Assembly (NCBI GenBank): GCA_944322325.1
Contig: CALUOQ010000006.1
Span: 75,134-139,133 of the forward strand
DNA: 64,000 nt
Direction of reading: 5' to 3'
From: an uncultured Alloprevotella sp.
Lineage (GTDB): Bacteria; Bacteroidota; Bacteroidia; Bacteroidales; Bacteroidaceae
Part shown: positions 52,329 through 58,585 of the stretch, one piece after another
Layout: each line of letters starts with the position of its first letter
Position numbering within the stretch: the first letter of the stretch is position 1
Made by a program: the position numbers and the translations under genes
The notes under the pieces: model-generated
The model's input: only the letters and a program-made list of their open reading frames with translations
What the model was told of the DNA's origin: nothing
The model's database searches: none

Positions 52329-53638
52329 ATGAAGAAAAGTCTCTACAACTTCCTGTTTCTTTGCGAGGGCGACTGGGTCTTGTTCAACCTCGCCACCGAG
52401 GAGATGAGCCTCCTCGACGCCAAGGTGAAGCAAATCTACGAGGAAAACGACATGGAGGGTATCCGCAGGCTCCACCCGGACTTCTACACCTTTCTGACGG
52501 AGAAGCGCTTCGCCGTACCCGACGACGAGGACGAAGCCGCCGCCTGCATCGCCCGCTGGGACCGCGAGGACAACGACCCGACCACTTTCTCGCTCACCGT
52601 TAACCCTACGCTCGACTGCAACATGCGCTGCTGGTACTGCTACGAGCGCCACCACACGGACCGCACCATGAGCGCCGAGGTGGCCGCAAGCGTATTCAAG
52701 TTCGTGGAAAGGAAGCTGGCCGAGCCCGAACTGAAGCACTTCAACCTCGCCTTCTTTGGCGGCGAGCCTTTAGTGGAGTTCCAGTCGGTGGTCAAGCCGC
52801 TGGTGGACCACACCTGCGCCGTGGCCGACCGGTTGGGCAAGGAGGTCGGCCTCAGCTTCACGACGAACGGCTACCTGCTCACGCCCGACGTGCTGCAATA
52901 CCTCGCCGACACGGGGTGCCACGTCAATTTCCAAATCACGCTCGACGGCAACCAGCGCCTCCACGACCGCACACGCCACCTCGCCGACGGCTCCGGCAGC
53001 TACGCCCGTATACTCGACAACTGCCACAACCTGCTGGCGCAGCCCCGGACGAGCCTGACGCTCCGCTGCAACTATACGCAGATGAACGCAGCGACGTTCA
53101 TGGACCTCGTCCGCGACCTGCCGGACCACGGCATCACCCCGAGCGAAGCGCTCCACATCGACTTCCAGCGCGTATGCAGGACCGCGGGAACAACAAGGAG
53201 GTCGACGAGCAAATCCACCGCGTACAGCTGGTCCTCCAGCGCGACGGCTATTCCACCTCGGACGTATGGACTTTCCATAAATACCGCTGCTACGCCGAGC
53301 GCAATAACCATATTGTCGTCAACTACGACGGTAACCTGTTCCACTGCACGGCGCGCGACTTCACCCCCACCGCTGCCGAGGGCGAACTCGACGCCGAAGG
53401 GCACCTTCAGCCCAACGAGAAGTCGGCCAAGCGCGCCCAGGCCAAGTGGGACAACGACGCCTGTCGCGCCTGCACAGTCTATCCCCTCTGCGGCGGCCTT
53501 TGCAGCCAGCAAAAACTTGAGCACCTCGGCGTAAGGGGCTGCATCGCCGGACGCGACGAGAAGGCGAAACGCGAAATCGCCGAACAGCGATTGCTACAAC
53601 TGATAGAGATGGCTAAAAAACAGCCCAAACACAATTAA
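52329..53638 (+). pseudogene. Radical SAM/SPASM peptide maturase, reading frame broken near 53150..53176
   Basis: Frame 1 (52329..) gives an N-terminal extension of about 95 aa, then 'CNMRCWYCY' (CxxxCxxC, 52617..52640) and a TIM-barrel-like sequence up to 'EALHIDFQRV'. After that it degenerates into S/T/A/P/R-rich text. The +2 frame (in ORF 52916..53638) picks up 'MQDRGNNKEVDEQI...CYAERNNHIVVNYDGNLFHCTARDF...ACRACTVYPLCGGLCSQQ', the SPASM signature CX2CX5CX3C (53462..53506). Joined, the two parts make about 436 aa. Confidence 0.8.
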
Positions 53639-53661
53639 TCACTTCTTAAAAACAAACAACT

Positions 53662-53913
53662 ATGAGATTAAAGAAAAATCTATCTCAGCTTGTGGAGTCC
53701 AACTTTACTCCACTCAGTACGGACAAGGAAGGCCTTCTGCGCGGAGGCTTCGGAGCAATGACATTCGACGCAGCTGCTCATGTCGCTGCCCGTTCTAATT
53801 ATCTTTTTTGCAATAATGACAATTGCAATGACGGGTGCTCAAATGATTGCAATAAGTCTTGTGCTCCTCCTTCAAAGTCTGGGGAATCCGCCGCACTTTT
53901 CCAAGGATTTTAA
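53662..53913 (+). CDS. RiPP precursor-like peptide: Gly-Gly leader + CXXX-repeat Cys/Asn/Asp-rich core
   Basis: 83 aa: MRLKKNLSQLVESNFTPLSTDKEGLLRGG | FGAMTFDAAAHVAARSNYLFCNNDNCNDGCSNDCNKSCAPPSKSGESAALFQGF. It starts 23 nt after the maturase stop. Cys residues sit at 50, 55, 59, 63 and 67. The gene is visibly AT-richer than its surroundings. Confidence 0.7.
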   Translation: MRLKKNLSQLVESNFTPLSTDKEGLLRGGFGAMTFDAAAHVAARSNYLFCNNDNCNDGCSNDCNKSCAPPSKSGESAALFQGF

Positions 53914-53927
53914 GCGGTAACTGAACG

Positions 53928-53964
53928 AAGTCCGTATACCCGCAATGAGGTATGCGGACTTTTA
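53928..53964 (+). terminator. Hairpin (terminator/attenuator) directly after the precursor gene
   Basis: 11-bp stem aagtccgtata / tatgcggactt (one G-U pair) with a 12-nt loop, followed by TTAG. The U-tract is weak, so partial read-through into the OMP gene is plausible. Confidence 0.45.
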
Positions 53965-54003
53965 GTGCTCCATTGCCCACAGCGATCTGAAAACTATCCA
54001 CCT

Positions 54004-56949
54004 ATGAAAAAAATTCTAACCCTCCTTCTTGCCCTGTTATCCCTACCTTTGGCCCTTTCGGCACAGAAGTGCTGGATTGAGTTCCGCGTGTACGAAGAAA
54101 TCACCGGTAAAGAAATCGAGGCCCCGCACTTCACCCTTATTTACGAAGACTCCATTGAGGTTCCCGCCGAGTACAAGTTGCAGGAGGCCACCTATGTTAA
54201 TTCGCCTAAGACTTACCGTGCACATACTTTGGTGTTCGACTATCGCAAGGGGAAGTACACGCTTCGCGTCGAAAAGGAGGGTTATGAATCGGGGAGCAAG
54301 GATTTTCGCGTCGTCTCGCGACGCCTCACGGGCTTTGGCCTCGGTACCATCTTGCTGAAGAAGCGGCGCCACGTCGAGCTGGGCGAGGCCACCGTGCGGG
54401 CCACCCACATCAAGATGGTGATGCGCGGCGACACCGTCGTCTACGACGCGGCGGCCTTCGACCTGGCCGAGGGGTCGATGCTCGACGCCTTGGTGGAGCA
54501 GCTGCCGGGCGTGGAGCTGAAAGACGGGCAGATACGGGTCAACGGAAAGTTTATCGAGAGCCTCCTGCTGAACGGCGAGGATTTCTTCGCGGGCAATCCG
54601 AAGGTCGCCCTGGAGAACCTGCCGGCCTACACGGTGAAGCAAATCAAAGTGTATGACCGCGCCGAGCGCGACGCCTACCTCAAGCCGAAAGGGGCGGACG
54701 GCAAGGTCATCGGCGCCGACGAGCACATGGTGATGGACGTGCAGCTGAAGAAGGCCTACGCTACGGGATGGATGGGCAACGTCGAGGGCGGATACGGCCT
54801 GCCCGACGACCGCTATCTCGGCCGGGCCTTCGGTCTGGGCTATAGGGACAAGGCGCGCTTCTCGGTCTTTGCCAACCTGAACAACATCAAGAACACGCAA
54901 ATCGGGCGCAGCAGCGGCCAGTGGAGCGGGGGCTGGCCGCAGGACGGCGAGCTCGACGTGAAGATGAGCGGGGCGGACTACTACTTCAGCCGCGGCCGGG
55001 CGTGGGTGGCCGGCGACGTGCTGATCACCCACGAGGAGCCCAAGGTGGAGCAGAAGCAGAGCGCCGTCTCCTTCTTCAACTCGGGCGACGTCTACGAGCG
55101 GCTGCACAGCGTCAGCCGGGAGCGCAAGTTCCACCTCATCACGGCACACCAGTTGCGCTTCACGGACGACAATTTCTATTTCCAGGTAATACCGCGGCTG
55201 GACTACCTGCACAACGACGTCAGCCGCCTGAGCCGCGCCGCGCAGTTCACCGCCAACCCCACCGAGGCCTACCGTATGGAGTCGCTCGACTCCCTCTTCG
55301 CCCTCGGCGGACTGCGCTCGCCCTTCGCCGTCAGCCTGCTCAACCGCACCGGGCAGATGCAGGAAGGCCCCGAAAGCTGGATTATCGCCGGCATCAACGC
55401 CAGCGCGACCATCAGCATCCCCCACCTGAACGACAACGTTAAACTCTACGCGGACGGCGAGTACCGCCGCGACACCGAACGCCCGCTCACGACGTGGAGC
55501 CGCGCCTTCGGGCCGCAAAGCACGGCAGGCAGCACGGCGCAAAACGTCCTCCAGAACAAGGACTACGACGCGCGGCAATACCACGTCAAGGCCGGAGCGA
55601 GCTATACCTACTGGTGCGTCCCCTACCGCGAACACGACACCCACGCCTTCATCGCGCAACCGAAGTTCGACTACGCCCGCGACCACCACGACCGCGCGAA
55701 CACCCTGTGGCAGTTAGAGGAAAGCCTGACCGACGCCGCGGCGGGCCAGGGCGTCGTCCTGCCCTCGACGATCGACCCCGCCCGGCTGGCCCTCGACCTC
55801 AACAATTCCTATCACTCCGCGCTGGCCCAGGACGACTATGCGCCGGGCGTGGAGCTGGACTACCAGTTCCTGCCCGAAGAGGGTGACCTTCTGAGGGACT
55901 ACACCGTATCGCTCGACCTGACGCAACACCTGCGCCGCGAACGTCTCGACTACGAGCGCGACGGCCTCGACACGACCGTGACGCGCTGGTCGGGCTCGCT
56001 GGAGCCCACCGTCGGGCTGGAATACCGCGACAAGCACCCCGAGACGCCCACCCGCCTGACCCTGACCTACGGCTACAGCCAGGCAATGCCGAGCCTCTAC
56101 TACCAGCTCGGCACGGTCGACGACAGCGACCCGGCCAACGTCTACGTCAACAACCCGGGCCTGCGCCGGGCCTCCACCCACAACGCCAGCCTGGAGTTCA
56201 CCCGCTTCTGGCAGGCCACGCACCGCAACCTGAGCGTCAACGCCAACTTCAGCCACACCAACCGTGCCGTGGCCCAGGCGCGCCACTACGACCGCCAGAC
56301 GGGCGTCAGCACCTGGGTGCCCGAGAACATCGACGGCAACTGGAACACCGACGCCGCGGTGCAGTTCACGCTGCCCTTTGGCCGCGACGAGGCCTTCCAG
56401 TTCCAGACGGCCACGACCGGCGCCTTCGTCCACTCGGTGGACTACGCCACCGACACCGAGGAACTGACGCGCAGCGTCGTGGACAACCTGCGGCTCGGCG
56501 AACGGCTCGGCCTGACCTACCGCGTCAACAAGCACACCTTCGGTCTCAAGGGCAGCCTGGCCTGGCTGCGCAGCCGCTCGGAGCGCGCCAATTTCGACGA
56601 CATCTCCGCCTTCGACGTCACGGCGGGCGCCAACGTATTGCTCAACCTGCCCCAGGAGTGGCAAATAGGCACCGACATGACCCTGTACTGCCGACGCGGA
56701 TACAGCGACGCGACGCTCAACACGACGGACTGGGTGTGGAACGCCTCGCTCAGCAAGTCCCTGCTCGACGGCAAGCTGTCGCTGAAACTCGACGCCGTGG
56801 ACATACTCGGCCAAATCAGCAACGTGCAGCACACGGTCAACGCGCAGGGACGCACCGAAACCTGGACGAACGCCGTGCGCAACTACGCCATGCTCCACGT
56901 CACCTACCGTTTCCACATCCTCCCCAAGAAAAAAGCCGCCGACAACTGA
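54004..56949 (+). CDS. Outer-membrane beta-barrel family protein (CarboxypepD_reg-like N-domain + plug-like segment + large barrel)
   Basis: ORF 53965..56949, start at ATG 54004 (MKKILTLLLALLSLPLALSAQ). 'GDTVVYDAAAFDLAEGSMLDALVEQLPGVELKDGQIRVNGKFIESLLLNGEDFF' is the TonB-receptor-plug-like motif of the Bacteroidetes 'OMP_b-brl_3'-type family as I recall it. The C-terminus has the aromatic strand 'LHVTYRFHI'. Confidence 0.7.
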   Translation: MKKILTLLLALLSLPLALSAQKCWIEFRVYEEITGKEIEAPHFTLIYEDSIEVPAEYKLQEATYVNSPKTYRAHTLVFDYRKGKYTLRVEKEGYESGSKDFRVVSRRLTGFGLGTILLKKRRHVELGEATVRATHIKMVMRGDTVVYDAAAFDLAEGSMLDALVEQLPGVELKDGQIRVNGKFIESLLLNGEDFFAGNPKVALENLPAYTVKQIKVYDRAERDAYLKPKGADGKVIGADEHMVMDVQLKKAYATGWMGNVEGGYGLPDDRYLGRAFGLGYRDKARFSVFANLNNIKNTQIGRSSGQWSGGWPQDGELDVKMSGADYYFSRGRAWVAGDVLITHEEPKVEQKQSAVSFFNSGDVYERLHSVSRERKFHLITAHQLRFTDDNFYFQVIPRLDYLHNDVSRLSRAAQFTANPTEAYRMESLDSLFALGGLRSPFAVSLLNRTGQMQEGPESWIIAGINASATISIPHLNDNVKLYADGEYRRDTERPLTTWSRAFGPQSTAGSTAQNVLQNKDYDARQYHVKAGASYTYWCVPYREHDTHAFIAQPKFDYARDHHDRANTLWQLEESLTDAAAGQGVVLPSTIDPARLALDLNNSYHSALAQDDYAPGVELDYQFLPEEGDLLRDYTVSLDLTQHLRRERLDYERDGLDTTVTRWSGSLEPTVGLEYRDKHPETPTRLTLTYGYSQAMPSLYYQLGTVDDSDPANVYVNNPGLRRASTHNASLEFTRFWQATHRNLSVNANFSHTNRAVAQARHYDRQTGVSTWVPENIDGNWNTDAAVQFTLPFGRDEAFQFQTATTGAFVHSVDYATDTEELTRSVVDNLRLGERLGLTYRVNKHTFGLKGSLAWLRSRSERANFDDISAFDVTAGANVLLNLPQEWQIGTDMTLYCRRGYSDATLNTTDWVWNASLSKSLLDGKLSLKLDAVDILGQISNVQHTVNAQGRTETWTNAVRNYAMLHVTYRFHILPKKKAADN

Positions 56950-56977
56950 CGGACGAACGGCCGCAGCGCCCGCCGCG

Positions 56978-57038
56978 AACAAGTACTACGACAGTTTTTC
57001 CTATCGCTGCGATAGGAAAAACTGTCGTAGTACTTGTT
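56978..57038. repeat. Family-A element, copy A9: perfect 61-nt palindrome
   Basis: aacaagtactacgacagtttttcctatcgc-t-gcgataggaaaaactgtcgtagtacttgtt. The 30-nt arms have zero mismatches. It begins 29 nt after the OMP stop codon. Confidence 0.9.
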
Positions 57039-57044
57039 TGGACC

Positions 57045-57140
57045 GATGGGGCTGATGGAGCCAATGGGAGTAATGAGGCCAACGAGTAATCGCCCGCCAC
57101 CCATAAGTCCCATTACTCCCATTGGCCCCATCAGCCCATC
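57045..57140. repeat. 'PIGPI'-type long hairpin (family C)
   Basis: The left arm gatggggctgatggagccaatgggagtaatg and right arm cattactcccattggccccatcagcccatc are near-perfect inverted repeats about 35 nt apart. Confidence 0.75.
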
Positions 57141-57188
57141 CCCTTCATTTCCCGCTGCGCCGGCACGGCCCATGTCGCCGACAATCCG

Positions 57189-57196
57189 TATTTTTG
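57189..57196 (+). promoter_or_regulatory. -7 box TATTTTTG
   Basis: 17 nt upstream of ATG 57214. Confidence 0.45.
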
Positions 57197-57213
57197 CGCT
57201 GAATTTTCCTACC

Positions 57214-57915
57214 ATGTCCTCCGCTGGATTCGATTTCAAGCAGTTTCGCGTGGCGCACGACCGCTGCGCCATGAAAGTGGGCACCGACGGCGTGCTGCTC
57301 GGTGCCTGGGCCGACGTGGCGGGGGCGCGCCGCGTGCTCGACATCGGCTGCGGCTCGGGGCTCATCGCCCTGATGGTGGCGCAGCGCACGGCGGCCCGCA
57401 TCGTGGGCGTAGAGATCGACGCCGCAGCCGCCGCGCAAGCCGCCGAAAACGCAGCCGCCTCGCCCTGGGCCGGGCGCATCGACATCGTGCATGCCGACCT
57501 GACGGACTTCGCTCCGGCGGAACGGTTCGACCACGTAGTGACCAACCCACCCTTCTTCGACGAGGACCTGCTGCCGCCCGACGCGGCGCGTGCCCGGGCC
57601 CGCCACACGTCGGGCCTCACCTTTGCCCGTCTGCTGCGCGAGGCGAGCCGCCTGCTGGCGCCCGGCGGCCGGCTACACACCGTCCTGCCCGCGTCAGCCT
57701 ACGACCACTTCGCTTACTACGCCTGGGAACAGCGTCTCTACCCCTACCGCCGCACGGACGTCGTCACGCGCCGGGGCAAACCCGTGCGCCGCGTGCTGCT
57801 CAGCTTCGAGCAGGGCCGCGAGGGCCCCGTCCGCCACGACGAACTGGTGCTCTGCGAGCGGGGCGGCGAGCGTACGGCCGACTACCGCCGGCTCACCGAC
57901 ACCTTCTACCGCTGA
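57214..57915 (+). CDS. tRNA (adenine-N6)-methyltransferase, YfiC/TrmN6-like
   Basis: ORF 57034..57915, with the real start at ATG 57214 (MSSAGFDFKQFRVAHDRCAMKVGTDGVLLGAW). Has the SAM motif 'VLDIGCGSGLIAL' and the N6-MTase motif 'VVTNPPFF'. Confidence 0.8.
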   Translation: MSSAGFDFKQFRVAHDRCAMKVGTDGVLLGAWADVAGARRVLDIGCGSGLIALMVAQRTAARIVGVEIDAAAAAQAAENAAASPWAGRIDIVHADLTDFAPAERFDHVVTNPPFFDEDLLPPDAARARARHTSGLTFARLLREASRLLAPGGRLHTVLPASAYDHFAYYAWEQRLYPYRRTDVVTRRGKPVRRVLLSFEQGREGPVRHDELVLCERGGERTADYRRLTDTFYR

Positions 57916-57935
57916 GCGAGGCCGCATTTTTTTCG

Positions 57936-57943
57936 TACCTTTG
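57936..57943 (+). promoter_or_regulatory. -7 box TACCTTTG
   Basis: 23 nt upstream of ATG 57967. Confidence 0.45.
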
Positions 57944-57966
57944 CGGACACATTCCGACCGACACCG

Positions 57967-58581
57967 ATGAAAATAATCGCCATTGCCTGCAACTACGCGG
58001 CACACAATAATTTGCCCGGCACTCCGTTTTTTACTTCGGAGGAGCCTGTCGTCTTCTCGCGCGCCGACTCGGCCCTGCTCAAGGACGGCAAACCGTTTTT
58101 CATCCCCGACTTCGCGGCCGACTGCCGCTGCCAGGCGGAACTCGTGGTGCGCCTCAGCCGGCTGGGCAAGAGCATTCCCGAACGCTTCGCCTACCGCTAC
58201 TACGACGCCGTCACCGTGGGCATAGGCTTCACGGCGGGCGCCCTGCTTGAACGCTGCCGCCGCGAGGGCCTGCCCTGGGAACTGGCCACCGGGTTCGACG
58301 GTGCGGCCGCCGTGGGGCGCTTTGCTCCGCTCGAGGGCCGCGACATGGCCGACCTCCGCTTCCGGCTGGAAGCCGACGGCACGGAAGTGCAGCGCGGATG
58401 GAGCGGCGACATGCGCTGGAGCGTCGACAGGCTCATCGCCTACGTCAGCCGTTTCTACACCGTGCGCCAAGGCGACCTCCTCTTCACCGGTACGCCCGTC
58501 GCCGCGGTGCCCGCACGCATCGGGACCCGGCTGGACGGTTTTCTGGACGGGGAGCGCCGGATTACGATAAAAGTGAAATAA
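57967..58581 (+). CDS. Fumarylacetoacetate hydrolase (FAH) family protein
   Basis: 204 aa. 'ACNYAAH', 'QAELVVRL' and 'GDLLFTGTP' are typical of the short FAH/2-keto-4-pentenoate hydratase-like family. Confidence 0.8.
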   Translation: MKIIAIACNYAAHNNLPGTPFFTSEEPVVFSRADSALLKDGKPFFIPDFAADCRCQAELVVRLSRLGKSIPERFAYRYYDAVTVGIGFTAGALLERCRREGLPWELATGFDGAAAVGRFAPLEGRDMADLRFRLEADGTEVQRGWSGDMRWSVDRLIAYVSRFYTVRQGDLLFTGTPVAAVPARIGTRLDGFLDGERRITIKVK

Positions 58582-58585
58582 ACGT

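Noticed and set aside
49984-52332. Alternative-frame ORFs inside the glycosyltransferase gene (49984..51015, 51463..52332, and minus-strand 51320..52318)
   Set aside because: They are extremely Arg/Pro/Gly-rich with no motifs. Frame 1 encodes coherent GT-A modules across the whole span.
52329-53534. Taking the 401-aa frame-1 ORF at face value as the complete radical SAM protein
   Set aside because: After about residue 282 the translation becomes S/T/A/P/R-rich and lacks any Cys motif. The canonical SPASM cysteines lie in the overlapping +2 frame. I treat it as a frameshifted gene.
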